Assembly: GCA_951406725.2 (NCBI GenBank)
Contig: OX597818.1
Span: 4,278,001-4,342,000 of the forward strand
Length of the DNA: 64,000 bases
Source: Octopus vulgaris
Lineage: Eukaryota
Reading direction: 5' to 3'
Position numbers and translations under genes: made by a program
Part shown: piece by piece, positions 14,209-28,131 of the stretch
Layout of the letters: each line of letters opens with the position of its first letter
Numbering within the stretch: position 1 is the stretch's first letter
Notes under the pieces: generated by a model
What the model was told of the DNA's origin: nothing
What the model saw: the letters and a program-made list of their open reading frames with translations, nothing else
Databases searched by the model: none

Positions 14209-15486
14209 TTATTTATAAGCAAGATAAGTGTAACGCCGCCAGTGGGGGCATCGAAAAGCCGACTGTAAAAGTCCGTTTACCATCCGGTCTCTGGCGAACA
14301 ATATATGGAAGAGTTCGGAGACACAAAGGTTGCACTTCCTTCTGCCCCTGTCAAATGGGAGGGCCACCGACAAAATTGACCATTCCAGGCTGTAGCTTGA
14401 GTTCGTATTCTTCAATCGCCATATTAGCTTGCTAAGTCCCGTGGTCTGGCATTTATTCACGTCTCGAAAAGTTGCGTAATGGTTGGAGATTCGTGAGGAC
14501 AATCTTGACGATGAGGCCCCGACATAAGAGTAGACATCTGAGTCCGTGTAAACCTTACATTGGTAGACGGCGTTTCTGATCTTGGAGTTCACCGACGTGA
14601 ACCTTATTCTATTAGGATTAGTTTCTGAAATTAGAACTGCGTTACTGTTACTATGTTTGTTGCGAGAACTGCAGCCGCTTACTACTTTATTTTCCACTAC
14701 GTCACTATTAACTAACGGAATAACCCCTGATTCTACACTATCACTCAGAGTGCTGTCATTGCTAGTGCCCGTGGTGCTGCTATTGCCGGAAACGATGCTG
14801 GAGTTGCTATTGGGACTCTCTACCCTAGCGAGCCGAGCTGCGCTCACCTCACTACTGCCATCGCTACCGTCAATGACATCACCCTTATTTATAACTATAC
14901 CCCTAGTATATAATCCCTGGTTGGAGCTGAGATTATGAGTCACTGTACTGGCTCTCATATCATTATTACTACTATTATTATTCCAACTGAGCGTTAAACC
15001 GAGAGCGGAAGAAGCTGTGCCTCCGGAAAAAGGTGGTAGGGTCTTAGTAAGCAGCCTATTATTATGGGAGGCGACTATCTGGGCGAGGTTTTTAGTGTTG
15101 GAGAAAGCTATCCTAACTTTATGCGAATTAACCGTGGAGTAATATTTGGAACTTCTGGGGAAGTTATTGGCGATGGCCTGTCGAAACAGGAGGGGGAGGT
15201 TAGTTCTAATCTGCTTACCAAAGGGAATTACAAACCATATATGCTTGTTCCTATTTATGTGATGGGTCGGGACGCCAGCTCTCGCATTCGGGTGGGTGAT
15301 TCTCGGATGAATAACGGGTTTTGGGTTAGTGTGAGATCCCCCGGACCGATAATTATCCTTGTTCGCTAAATTAAATGCGGGAGCGACTGCCCCAGCACCC
15401 GCCGCGCTCCCGTCACTGCTTAAATTATTAATGTTATTATAGACGGCCCTATCCTGATGACCGAATGATGGCATCGGAAGGGCCAT
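14209..15486 (-). CDS. Divergent Naiad-like GIY-YIG ORF with Ser/Asn-rich insertion; 5' end abuts (TA)n
   Basis: KHIWFVIPFGKQIRTNL..VRIAFSNTKNLAQIVASHN linker; AVYQCKV..SYVGASSSRLSSRISNH, CNLCVSE, CPHW; 425 codons, with the ATG formed at the microsatellite junction. Confidence 0.75.
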   Translation of the reverse strand: MALPMPSFGHQDRAVYNNINNLSSDGSAAGAGAVAPAFNLANKDNYRSGGSHTNPKPVIHPRITHPNARAGVPTHHINRNKHIWFVIPFGKQIRTNLPLLFRQAIANNFPRSSKYYSTVNSHKVRIAFSNTKNLAQIVASHNNRLLTKTLPPFSGGTASSALGLTLSWNNNSSNNDMRASTVTHNLSSNQGLYTRGIVINKGDVIDGSDGSSEVSAARLARVESPNSNSSIVSGNSSTTGTSNDSTLSDSVESGVIPLVNSDVVENKVVSGCSSRNKHSNSNAVLISETNPNRIRFTSVNSKIRNAVYQCKVYTDSDVYSYVGASSSRLSSRISNHYATFRDVNKCQTTGLSKLIWRLKNTNSSYSLEWSILSVALPFDRGRRKCNLCVSELFHILFARDRMVNGLLQSAFRCPHWRRYTYLAYK

Positions 15487-15536
15487 GTATATATATATAT
15501 ATATACATGTATATATATATATATATATACATGTAT

Positions 15537-18350
15537 ATCATCATCATCATCATCATCATTTAGCGTCCGTTTTCCATGCTAGCATGGGTTGGACGGTTCT
15601 GCTGGGGTCTGTGAAGCCAGAAGGCTTCATCAGGCCCAGTCAAATCTGGCAGTGTTTCTACGGCTGGATGCCCTTCCTAACGCCAACCACTCCGTGAGTG
15701 TAGTGGGTGCTTTTTACGTGCCACCCGCACTGGTGCCAGACAGAGCTGGCAAACGGCCACGAACGGATGGTGCTTTTTATGTGCCACCGGCACGAGGGCC
15801 AGGCGAGGCTGGCAACGGACACGAAACGGGGCGGTGCTGGCAACGGTCGCGAAACGGAAAGTTCTCTTACATGCCACCGGCACTGGTAACACATCTGCAA
15901 TTTCCATTGATCGATTTCCATTGATCGATTTCGATTCTGATCCTCACTTGCCTCAATGGGTCTTCACAAGCAGAGTTTCGACATGCCACCGGCACTGGTA
16001 GCACATCCGCAATTTCCATTGATCGATTTCGATTCTGATCCTCACTTGCCTCAACACGTCTTCACAAGTAGAGTTTTGTGTCCCAAGAAGGGAAGGTATG
16101 CATACGTAGGCTGGCTCCATCCCATGTAGAAGGCCACGGGTTGTGGACTCACTTGTCCTGCCGGGTCTTCTCGCGCACAGCACACTTCCAGAGGTCTCGG
16201 TCTCTAGTCATTTCCTCGGTGAGACCTAAAGTTCGAAGGTCGTGCTTCACCACCTCGTCCCAGGTTTTCCTGGGTCTGCCTCTTCCACAGGTTCCCTCAA
16301 CCGCTAGGGCGTGGCACTTTTTCACACAACTATCTTCATCCATTCTCGCCACATGACCATACCAGCGCAAACGTCTCTCTTGCACACCACAACTGATGCT
16401 TCTTAGGTCCAGCTTTTCTCTCAAGGTACTTACACTCTGCCGAGTGTGAGTACTGACATTACACATCCATCGGAGCATACTGGCTTCATTTCTAGCGAGC
16501 TTACGCATATCCTCAGCAGTCACGGCCCATGTTTCACTGCCATGTAGCATGGCTGTTCGTACACACGCATCATACAGTCTGCCTTTCACTCTGTGCGAGA
16601 GGCCTTTTGTCACCAGCAGAGGTAAGAGCTCTCTGAACTTTGCCCAAGCTATTCTTACTCTAGCAGTTACACTTTCAGCACACCCGCCCCCGCTGCTGAC
16701 TTGGTCACCTAGGTAACGGAAACTATCAACTATTTCTAGTTTTTCTCCCTGGAAAGTGACAGAAGTTGGTCTCAGAGCATTTTCAGTGTTTATTGTTCCT
16801 GAGCATCTGCCACATACAAAAACCATCTTCCTAGTTAGCCTTCCTTTGACATTGCTGCATCTCTTATGTGTCCATAGCTTACACTTGGTGCATCTTATAG
16901 AGTTTCTACCTACACCTTTTCTACAGATCGAGCAGGGCCATCTACCTGAAGGTGTTTGTGATTTGTCAACCTTCCTACTGATTACGACTTTGGTTTTAGC
17001 TAGATTGACTCTAAGGCCCTTCGATTCTAATCCTTGTTTCCACACCTGAAACTTCTCCTCCAGTTCTGATAGCGACTCAGCAATTAGAGCAAGGTCATCA
17101 GCATAGAGGAGCTCCCAAGGGCATCCTGTCTTGAATTCCTCCGTTATTGCCTGGAGGACTATGATAAATAGGAGGGGGCTGAGTACTGAGCCTTGGTGGA
17201 CCCCTACCTCTACCCGGAATTCTTCACTGTACTCATTTCCAACCCTCACCCTACTAGCGGCGTCCCTATACATGGCCCGCACAGCTCTCACTAACCATTC
17301 ATCTATCCCTAGTTTTCTCATTGCCCACCAGATAAGGGATCGGGGGACCCTGTCGAAGGCTTTCTCCATGTCAACAAAAGCCAGGTACAGGGGCTTATCT
17401 TTGGCTAGGTATTTCTCCTGCAGCTGCCTTACCAGGAATATAGCATCAGTAGTACTTTTCCCTGGCACAAACCCAAACTGCATCTCATCTAAACTAACTC
17501 TCTCTCTAATTAGTTGGGCTATGACCCTCTCTGTAACCTTCATCACCTGGTCCAACAGCTTGATACCTCTGTAGTTATTTGTATCTAGGGCATCACCTTT
17601 ACCTTTGTAGCAGTTGACTATTATACTGCTACACCAGTCATTGGGTATGACCCCTTTGTGTATCACCTGATTAACTATATGGGTGACTAGGCTATAGCCA
17701 ACACAACCAGACATTTTGAGCATCTCTGCAGTGATTCCTGATGGGCCTGGGGCTTTCCCTGTCTTCATGCTTCTAATTGCCTTAGCTACCACAGAACTAT
17801 CAACTCGGATAGCTGGTCCCTCTGTTGGGTCAACATTCGGCAGACTCTCTTTATCCCATTCATTTTCTTCATTCAGCAACCTTTCATAGTGGCATCTCCA
17901 AACCTCTCTCTTTGCATCCTCATTTAGCGCAAGTGAACCATCTTCCATGCGAACACACTTCTCTCCTACCACATCACGATTCTCTCTCACACACTGTCTT
18001 GCAACACGAAACACCTCCAGTTTTTGGTCCTCACGGCGCAGAACATTGGCAAATTTTTTCTTATCTGCTTCCCCTCTGGCTAAATAAACCTGTCTCCTAG
18101 CTTCTCTTTTGGCAGTCTGATACAATTCCCTGCTACCCCTATTTTTCCAGACCTTCCAAGCCTGTCTCTTTTCTCTAATAGCCCTGTCTACAATGTTGCT
18201 CCACCACCACGTTATTCTAGGTCGAGAGGGGACTTTGCACCAGCCACAGATCTGGTCAGTGGCTCTCAGCAGGTTGTCCCTTAGAAACGTCCAGCTGTCT
18301 TCTACCCCCTGTGATGCTCTATCCCCTTCTACTTCGTCAGAGGCTTCAAG

Positions 18351-18352
<2 letters not shown>
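15537..18352 (-). mobile_element. RTE-clade LINE family A, 5'-truncated young copy with uninterrupted RT ORF
   Basis: Open frame from about 18352 to 16149: [35 protein letters not shown]-like C4HC3, YLG; (CAT)n tail at about 15538-15558. Confidence 0.95.
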
Positions 18353-19110
<758 letters not shown>

Positions 19111-19196
19111 GTAGGTCCCGGGTTGATTCGGGGTTAACCACAGTAAGTAAGGTACTCAATACATAGCAGAGTAAAATTAATTTATTATATAGAAGG

Positions 19197-19247
19197 AGCT
19201 TCTACAGGACTAGTACTGTTTCATTCAAGAGAAATCTTCAGGAAGCT
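19197..19247 (-). ncRNA. Type I hammerhead (family H)
   Basis: agcttc-CTGAAGA-tttctcttgaat-GAAA-cagtactagtcctg-TA-gaagct. Confidence 0.8.
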
Positions 19248-19619
19248 ATTTAACAAGAATTGTATTAGCATTTATACATTTAGGCAGGTTTAAAGGAGTG
19301 GTGGTGGGGGACTTTTGGGGGTAGGCATAGCGCAAAATATCATACTTGGGGGAGTGGTCAAGGAGTCAGTGGTAAGTTAGATGAAAGAATAGATAAATAA
19401 AAAAATAAAAAAATAAAAAAAAATAAAAATAAAAAAATAAAAAAAAAAAAAATAAAAAATATATATAAAAAAATATATATATATAAAAATATATATATAA
19501 AAAAATATATATATAAAAAAAGGGGGGATAGAGTTATAGGTAAATAAGGAGATTCTCACTTATACCTATACACACATGTATACGTATCTACACACACATA
19601 CATACATACACATATATAT

Positions 19620-19670
<51 letters not shown>

Positions 19671-20176
19671 CACATATACACACATACATACATATCTACA
19701 TACACACATACATACACCCGCCCACATATACAAATTTATACATATGCACATGCCTATACCTGTCTACACATACACACACGTATATATGCATACACTCACT
19801 CCCATGCATGCACGCATACACACATGTATATATATATATATATATATATATACCCACGACCACACATACATATATACACATAAAAATATATATTCATACG
19901 CACATACACTCATGCACACACAACACACCCAGTTCCCTATATACACATATTTACACCTATATATACATACACCCACATACACCTATGTACACATATATAT
20001 ATAAAAATATATATTTTATTTTTTTATTTATCTATTCTTTCATCTAACTTACCACTGACTCCTTGACCACTCCCCCAAGTATGATATTTTGCACTATGCC
20101 TACCCCCAAAAGTCCCCCACCACCACTCCTTTAAACCTGCCTAAATGTATAAATGCTAATACAATTCTTGTTAAAT

Positions 20177-20227
20177 AGCTTCCTGAAGATTTCTCTTGAA
20201 TGAAACAGTACTAGTCCTGTAGAAGCT
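20177..20227 (+). ncRNA. Type I hammerhead (family H)
   Basis: Same motif on the plus strand. Confidence 0.8.
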
Positions 20228-20256
20228 CCTTCTATATAATAAATAAATATATATAC

Positions 20257-20289
<33 letters not shown>

Positions 20290-20300
20290 CATATATATAC

Positions 20301-20331
<31 letters not shown>

Positions 20332-20332
20332 C

Positions 20333-20363
<31 letters not shown>

Positions 20364-20391
20364 CATATATACATATATATACATATATATA

Positions 20392-21361
20392 TGTGAGGAA
20401 CGAAGCCAGTATGCTCCGATGGATGTGTAATGTCAGTGTACTTACTCGACAGAGCGTTAGTACCTTGAGAGAAATGTTGTACCTAAGAAGCATCAGTTGT
20501 TGTGTGCAAGAGAGACGATTGCGCTGGTATGGTCATGTGGCGAGAATGGATGAAGATAGGTGTGTGAGAAAGTGCCAATCCCTAGCAGTTGAGGGAACCC
20601 GTGGAAGAGGTAGACCCAGGAAAACCTGGGACGAGGTGGTGAAGCACGACCTTCGGACGTTAGGTCTCACCATGGAAATGACTAGAGACCGAGACCTATG
20701 GAAGTATGCTGTGCGTGAGAAGACCCGGCAAGACTAGTGAAGCCATAATCCGTGGCCCCTACCTGGGACGTAGTCAGTCCACCTGTGCATACCTTCCTTC
20801 TTGTGACACTTGTGAAGACCTGTTGAGGCAAGTGAGAATCGAATCGTATCGAATCAAATCGAACCAAATCAAAATAGATGAACATCAATGGAATTTGTAT
20901 CCTTGTGGTACCAGTGCCGGTGGCACATAAGAAAACCATCCGAACGTGACCGTAGCCAGTACCGCAATGACTGGCCTCCGTGCTGAGGGCACGTAACAAA
21001 CACCATCCGAGCGTGGCCGTCCGCCAGCCTCGTCTGGCACCTGTGTCGGTGACACATAAGAAAACACCATCCGAGCGTGGCCGTCTGCCAGCCTCGTCTG
21101 GCACCTCTGTCGGTGGCACATAAAAAACACCATCCGAGCGTGGCCGTCTGCCAGCCTCGTCTGGCACCTGTGTCGGTGGCACATAAAATCACCCACTACA
21201 CTCTCGGAGTGGTTGGCGTTAGGAAGGGCATCCAGCTGTAGAAACACTGCCACATCTGACTGGCCTGGTGCAGCCTTCGGGCTTCCCAGACCCCAGTTGA
21301 ACCGTCCAACCCATGCTAGCATGGAAAGCGGACGTTAAACGATGATGATGATGATGATGAT
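20392..21361 (+). mobile_element. RTE family A 3' fragment
   Basis: [22 protein letters not shown], repeated 3'UTR units and (GAT)n tail. Confidence 0.9.
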
Positions 21362-21381
21362 ATATATATATACATATATAC

Positions 21382-21458
<77 letters not shown>

Positions 21459-21521
21459 CATGTATATATATATACATATATATACATATATATACATATA
21501 TATATATATACATATATATAC

Positions 21522-21596
<75 letters not shown>

Positions 21597-21601
21597 TATA
21601 C

Positions 21602-21672
<71 letters not shown>

Positions 21673-21673
21673 C

Positions 21674-21725
<52 letters not shown>

Positions 21726-21756
21726 ATATACATATATATATATACATATATATATA

Positions 21757-21813
<57 letters not shown>

Positions 21814-21830
21814 ATATACATATATATATA
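21361..21830. repeat. (TA)n microsatellite
   Basis: Direct. Confidence 0.97.
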
Positions 21831-23187
21831 TAACGGGAAGCTTTATGAAAATAAACAAAAGACGAAGGCAGGTGGAAAACAAACGAACAATTGTATTAGT
21901 ATGGCGCTCAGGAAATATAAATAAAACAAGTCTTTAACGTTTCGAGCCTACGCTCTTCAACAGAAAGATACACAGAGAGAGAAAAACACAGAAAGAAGGA
22001 GAGAAAAAAAATGCGTGCAGTAGCTAACGAATCAACATGGCGATCTGATTTCGGCCAGAGGTCAAAGATCAAACATGAGACGCGAGAGCGAAATAAGGGG
22101 AGATAATAGGGTTGATAAATGGGTTGAGGGACCAGCTAAAAGTGCGTGGGAGGGGTCTGGATGTGTGTATGTATAGGGTTGGTGTATGTATTAGTATGTA
22201 TAAGGGTGTGTGTGTGTGTGTGTGTGTGTATGAGAGAGTATTAGTGCGTAAGATTGGTCTGGACGTGCGTATGTATGGGGTTGGTGTATGTATTAGTATG
22301 TATTAGTATGTATTAGTACGTATTGGTATGTATAGGTGTGTGTGTGTGTGTGAGAAAGAGTATAAGTGCGTATGCGGGGTCTGGACGTGTGTATGTATAG
22401 GGTTGGTGTAAGTATTAGTATGTACTAGTATGTATTAGTACGTATTAGTATGTATTAGTTGGTGTGTGTATTAGTATGGCACATCATATGTGATGTGATG
22501 TGTAAAGTCATGTGGTGTAGTGAGGAGAAGAGGGGGAGGGGGAGAAGAGGGGGAGAGAAGGGGAGGGGAAGAAGAGGGGGAGGAGAAGGGGGGGAGAGGA
22601 GAAGATGGGGGGAGAAGGAAGGGGATGAGGGGGATGAAGGAGGAAAGAGGGAGAGGGGGAGAGAGAAGGGGAGAGAGGGAGTGAGGGAGCAGAGGGAAGG
22701 GGAAGAGGGAGGGAGAAAGAGGGAAGGGAAGGGGAGTAGGGGTGAAAGGATGAAGGACTGAAGAAGTAGGGGTCGGGTGGAGAACGGATAGGTGAGGAGG
22801 GGGGACAGGGGGGTTAGATGAGGAGGGGGGAGAGTTGAGACCAAATGGCGTATAAGAGCGAAGAGAGAAGATTAATTCCTGTTCACGGCGCAAACGGGAA
22901 TCCGGATGGCCTCTGTGTAAGGACAAACCGAACACAGATAGGTGTTGCAAGGAGTGACCGGTGGAGCGGAAATGGCGTGAGACCGGTGTGTCGTTCGCAA
23001 GGTGGATGTCACGAAGGTGTTCCGCGAACCGGTCAGCCAAGCGGCGTCCCGTTTGTCCGATGTACAAGGAATTGCAGAGAGAGCAGGAGATGCAATAGAT
23101 AATATTGCTGGAGGTGCAGGTGAAGGAGTGGATGATGGGATAGGGTCGATGGTGGGTGCTAGTGAGGCGGGTGGTGTTGGAGAGGTA

Positions 23188-23191
<4 letters not shown>
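21831..23191 (-). mobile_element. 5'-truncated Penelope-like element (GIY-YIG, low-complexity 3'UTR, hammerhead)
   Basis: SNIIYCISCSLCNSLYIGQTGRRLADRFAEH..VSRHF..GH..REQELI in ORF 22471-23193. Confidence 0.85.
21931..21968 (-). ncRNA. Minimal hammerhead with variant core
   Basis: tcttt-CTGTTGA-a-gagc-gtag-gctc-GAAA-cg-TTA-aaga; palindromic AACGTT in place of stem III. Confidence 0.55.
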
Positions 23192-23263
<72 letters not shown>

Positions 23264-23266
<3 letters not shown>

Positions 23267-23783
23267 GGTCCCGGGTTGATTCGGGGTTAACCACAGTAAA
23301 TAAGGTACTCAATACATAGTAGAGTAAAATTAATTTATTATATAGAAGGAGCTTCTACAGGACTAGAACTGTTTCATTCAAGAGAAATCTTCAGGAAGCT
23401 AGTTAACAAGAATTGTATCGGCATTTATACATTTAGGCAGGTTTAAAGGGGTGTTGGTGGGGGACTTTTTGGGGGTAGGCATAGCGCAAAATATCATACT
23501 TGGGGGAGTGGTCACGGAGTCAGTGTTAAATTAGATAGAAGAATAAATTTAAAAAATATATAAAAAAAATAAAAAAATAAAAAAATAAAAAAATATATAA
23601 AAATATATATAAAAAGATATATAAAAGATATTTTGCGCTATGCCTACCCCCAAAAAGTCCCCCACCAACACCCCTTTAAACCTGCCTAAATGTATAAATG
23701 CCAATACAATTCTTGTTAACTAGCTTCCTGAAGATTTCTCTTGAATGAAACAGTTCTAGTCCTGTAGAAGCTCCTTCTATATA

Positions 23784-23789
<6 letters not shown>
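23264..23789. mobile_element. Family H hammerhead element, short inverted two-arm insertion
   Basis: HHR at 23350-23400 (-) and 23722-23772 (+); tail extension on the left arm; flanked by (TA)n. Confidence 0.8.
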
Positions 23790-23820
<31 letters not shown>

Positions 23821-23841
23821 TATATACATATATATATATAT

Positions 23842-25020
23842 AAAGTCGACCACGGAGTGATATGTCACAAATTACTCAGACTCGGCATAACAGGAAAAGT
23901 AGGTGAGTGGATACATGACTTCCTGAAGGACAGAAGCCAGATGGTTGCAGCCAATGGAGCCCTCTCGGGAAAGACACCAATAGCAAGCGGGGTGCCACAG
24001 GGCACAGTCTTGGGACCCTTGCTGTTTTTGGTGGCGCTCTCTGACATGCCCTTGGTAGCACAAACAACATCCCTCACTAGCTATGCTGATGACACAAAGG
24101 TAGCACAGGCAATCAAAAACCCAGCTGATGCTGACCTTTTACAACAAGATCTGGATGCCATATACAAATGGGCTGAAGACAACAACATGCAATTTAATGC
24201 TGGTAAATTTCAAGCCTTACAATATCAAGCTGTAAACACATATACATTACAACACAACTATACTGGTCCAGGAGGGATCGAAATCCCAGTATCGAAATCA
24301 ATACGGGACCTGGGGATAGACATGAGTGACGATGCATCTTTTTCTTCACACATCGCGAAGGTGGCGACAATGTGCAGACGACTCACTGGCTGGATCCTGA
24401 GGACATTCCGGACAAGAGACTGCGAGACCATGTTGACACTATGGAGGAGATTTGTCCTAAGCCGCCTGGACTACTGCTCCCAACTGTGGTCACCGCATAG
24501 TGTCAAACTAACCACAGAGCTTGAGACAATCCAAAGACATTTCACCAAGAGGATTTCCACCATGAAAGAAAAGAACTATTGGGAGAGGCTTAGGGAACTC
24601 AATTTGTACTCCTTGGAACGAAGACGAGAGAGATATGCAGTGATATACATATGGAAAATCCTGGAGGGACTAGCACCAAATTTTGGAATTGAGAGCTGTT
24701 CCAATCCCCGTACAGGACATCACTGTGTGGTGCCAAAGGTCCCGTCTTCCACATCCAGGGTAAGGAGCAGATACTGTAATAGCCTGGGGTTCAGGGGGCC
24801 TCAGCTTTTCAACAAACTGCCAAGAAAACTAAGAGATCTACATGATGCGGATGTGGACATTTTCAAAAAACATCTAGACAAGCTGCTTTCCGGGATCCCA
24901 CATGAACCCACTGCAAGGTACGAAGGTAACCTAAGGGCAGCAGCTACAAACTCTCTCTTAGATCAGTGGCCAGCCACGGCAAACTGGACTTAGAGAGGGT
25001 AGCAACAAGGGCGGTGTACC
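23842..25020 (+). mobile_element. CR1/L2/Jockey-group LINE 3' fragment (RT C-terminal ORF 23857-24993)
   Basis: SGVPQGTVLGPLLF, YADDTK, IRDLG, LDYCSQLWSP, LYSLERRRERY. Confidence 0.88.
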
Positions 25021-26220
25021 TAATTAAAGAAAGTACCTAATTAAAGAAATTGCAGGAGAACCAGAGGAAGAAACTAAACTTCGATGGGACCTTAGTTTGA
25101 TAAAATTCAGGACCGACATCTCCATTACCCTGTCTAAACAATCCCGCTACAAAGCCAAATACGAAGCTATCGATGATCAAATCAGAGATGAAATATCCAA
25201 ACTAACGACCGGCAATATAGCAGAAAAAATGCAAGAACTATGGATCAGAGATATCTCAAAAGAAGAAAGCAGATCAAGAAAGTTTTGGCAGCGGAAACAA
25301 TTATTTCTCGACAAATATGCTACAAATTACGGTAAAGACACCAGAACTCCGAGAAATAGCATTAAAAGTGGACAACCTCACCAACGCAACATACACCAGA
25401 ACACGTGGCAACATGAACACCCGTTTCACCACGAATCGAAGACGAACTACGGTAAGAACTCTTCACATTTTGTATGCAAACACCCTAATGTACACAACAT
25501 GAACAAAAAGCACAAACAAAATAGATATTGTTTTGAACAGACCATTAGCAGTAGAAATAACAGGAGATCATTTTCAAGACCTCAACAGAGATTACCCACA
25601 AGAAACTGGACAAAAAACCGATCTAGATCTAGAAGTAAACCCAGATCATTTCTCCAGGTGGTTAAAAACAATGCTAACAAGAAATTGAAAAGTAGCATAC
25701 ATAATACCAAAAACAAGACAGAAAACATAACAAAACCAAGTAAAGTACCACAACCAAAACGCAAAATTCATCAAGCAAACATCAACAGGAATATAAATCA
25801 TAACCAGGAAAAAAATCCATTTTTTTACGTCAGGACAACAAACACCGGAGAAAGAAAAAATCCAAGAGGAAACATACCCCAAACAACTGAACGTATAGAT
25901 CCTAAAATAATTAATTTATCAAAAAGAGATCTTGACAATGATGAAATCCAACTTCTTTCAAAAGGACTGAAATTCACACCTACACCAACAGCCAACCACC
26001 AAGAATTAAAGGAGGATATCCAAAAATTCTGTCGAAAATTACGACTTGTAGAATTCTTCGCTAACAAAAGTAATGAGATTGATGAATCCTAGTAAGGAAT
26101 AAATCAAATTTCACCCCACCAAAAGGAAGAAATAACTACCTTGACCAATACATTGATATCCTGTCTAAATTTCCCCTTAGACGCAATACCAATGTTAGGC
26201 CAAACATTAGCAAATCAGAG

Positions 26221-28131
26221 ATGTCTGCATGTAAACGTATACAAAACGATCAAACAATAATAATTAAACAAGCAGATAAAGGTGGTGCAATTGTTATTAT
26301 GGATACCGAATACTATAAGGATTTGGTTGAAGACCAACTGAAGGATACAACCTTCTATTGTGAAATACCCGCAAATATAGACCACCACATCATGAAAAAG
26401 ATCAACAACCTGATTTCAACACACCACAACTCACTTACGGATAATGAAAAAGACTACATCACCAATTTTGAACCAAAACCCAGCAACTTCTACGGCTTAC
26501 CAAAAATACACAAATCAAAAAACATTCAACAGGCAGTAAAAGAACAAGAAAGTGAGTACATAAAATTATTACATCCAAAAGACCTAAAACTTAGACCTAT
26601 TATAGCTGGTCCAGCATGCCCTACACACCGTCTAAGCAATTTTATTGACATTGTTTTGAAACCACTATGTACTTACATACCAAGTTTCATCAGGGATGAC
26701 ATCGACTTCCTGTCCCATCTTCCCAAAACAACAGAAACAAATTCAGTTTTGCTAAGTTTTGATGTGGTAAGCCTCTACACCAATATTCCACACGATTTAG
26801 GAATAAAGGCGATTAAATACTGGTTAGAAAAACATAGAGAAGTGATTCCCAGCAGATTCACAGTGCCATTTATATTAGACACAGTCAAACTTATTCTAGA
26901 AAATAACACATTCTTCTTCAATGGAAAGAATTACATCCAAATTAGAGGCACGGCGATGGGAACGAGGTTTGCTCCCGTTTACGCCAACTCTGTAATGGGA
27001 TACTTAGAAGAACAACTCTACCAAGAGGTGGAGGTAAACTATGGCACTGGATTTAGAAAGTATATTGAAAAGGCATGGAAGAGATACCTAGACGACTGTT
27101 TCATAATCTGGACAGAATCTCTAAATACTCTGGAAGAGTTCAATATCCTCCTGAACAACCTACACCCATCTCTCAAATTTACAAAGGAGATGAGTAGTAC
27201 CAAATTACCATTCCTGGATATAATGGTAATTAAAAAAGACACCACCATCACCACAGATATATACTATAAACACACAGACACACATCAATACCTAAATTTT
27301 AAGTCGTGCCATCCACCACATACAAAACGTAACATCCCATACTGCCTAGCCAGAAGAATTTGTACTATTGTAGAAGATGCAAATATCAGGAACAAACGCC
27401 TAATAGAACTAAGAGAATTTTTGCTCAAACAAAAATACCCATCTCTACTTATAGAAAATGGCATACAGCGGGCTATAAAAATACCTATACAACAACTTAG
27501 GACGACCCAAGGAAGAGGAAAACAAGAACAAGTCATACCATTCATAGTGACACACAACCCATGTCACCAGAATATCTTCAACATTGCCAAAGCAAACCTT
27601 CCAATCATTGCCCAAAGTAATGAATTAAAAGACATAATCAAGGATCGAGCTATGGTGCTTAGTAAAAGACAGCCTAAAAACTTGAAAACATTACTAACAA
27701 AGGCAAAATTTGACCTCAGCAACAAAGACCAAACATTCACGGTATCTAAATGCAATGATAGCCGATGTGGCACATGCCAATTCATACATACCGGTCAATA
27801 TATAAACACAAAAACCGGGAAAATATTCACAAACGCGAATATGAACTGCAAAAGCAGAAATTTAATTTACTGCATCAAATGCCCAAATTGTGAAGAAATA
27901 TATGTAGGTCAGACGGGAAACGCACTATTAGAACACTCACGTGTACACCGGCAACAGATTAGGGACCCAGAGGTCCGTCAGATACCTTTGAGTAACCACC
28001 TAGCAACATGTGGTCGGAAAATATATATAATATTTCCATTCTACAAATTACACAGCCCAAGTGAAATCGAGAGGAAAATCAGAGAAAAGAATTTTATTGA
28101 TAAATTCGAACCCAAGCTAAATAAGCAATAA
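26221..28131 (+). CDS. Penelope-like RT plus GIY-YIG endonuclease (C-terminal 636 aa)
   Basis: Uninterrupted ORF with the motifs listed above. Confidence 0.9.
   Translation: MSACKRIQNDQTIIIKQADKGGAIVIMDTEYYKDLVEDQLKDTTFYCEIPANIDHHIMKKINNLISTHHNSLTDNEKDYITNFEPKPSNFYGLPKIHKSKNIQQAVKEQESEYIKLLHPKDLKLRPIIAGPACPTHRLSNFIDIVLKPLCTYIPSFIRDDIDFLSHLPKTTETNSVLLSFDVVSLYTNIPHDLGIKAIKYWLEKHREVIPSRFTVPFILDTVKLILENNTFFFNGKNYIQIRGTAMGTRFAPVYANSVMGYLEEQLYQEVEVNYGTGFRKYIEKAWKRYLDDCFIIWTESLNTLEEFNILLNNLHPSLKFTKEMSSTKLPFLDIMVIKKDTTITTDIYYKHTDTHQYLNFKSCHPPHTKRNIPYCLARRICTIVEDANIRNKRLIELREFLLKQKYPSLLIENGIQRAIKIPIQQLRTTQGRGKQEQVIPFIVTHNPCHQNIFNIAKANLPIIAQSNELKDIIKDRAMVLSKRQPKNLKTLLTKAKFDLSNKDQTFTVSKCNDSRCGTCQFIHTGQYINTKTGKIFTNANMNCKSRNLIYCIKCPNCEEIYVGQTGNALLEHSRVHRQQIRDPEVRQIPLSNHLATCGRKIYIIFPFYKLHSPSEIERKIREKNFIDKFEPKLNKQ

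Larger units (their letters stand above)
19111..20245. mobile_element. Non-coding hammerhead element (family H), inverted two-arm insertion
   Basis: About 19182-19400 is the reverse complement of about 20020-20243; each arm has an HHR; the left arm has an extra ~70-nt tail (gtaggtcccggg...). Confidence 0.8.

Noticed and set aside
12672-15486. Selenocysteine recoding reported for some Naiad elements
   Set aside because: Both ORFs are open with ordinary Cys codons; no in-frame TGA is needed
22520-22830. Purine-rich G tract with Gly/Glu/Arg or Pro/Ser ORFs
   Set aside because: Low-complexity tail of the PLE fragment; G4 potential alone is unremarkable
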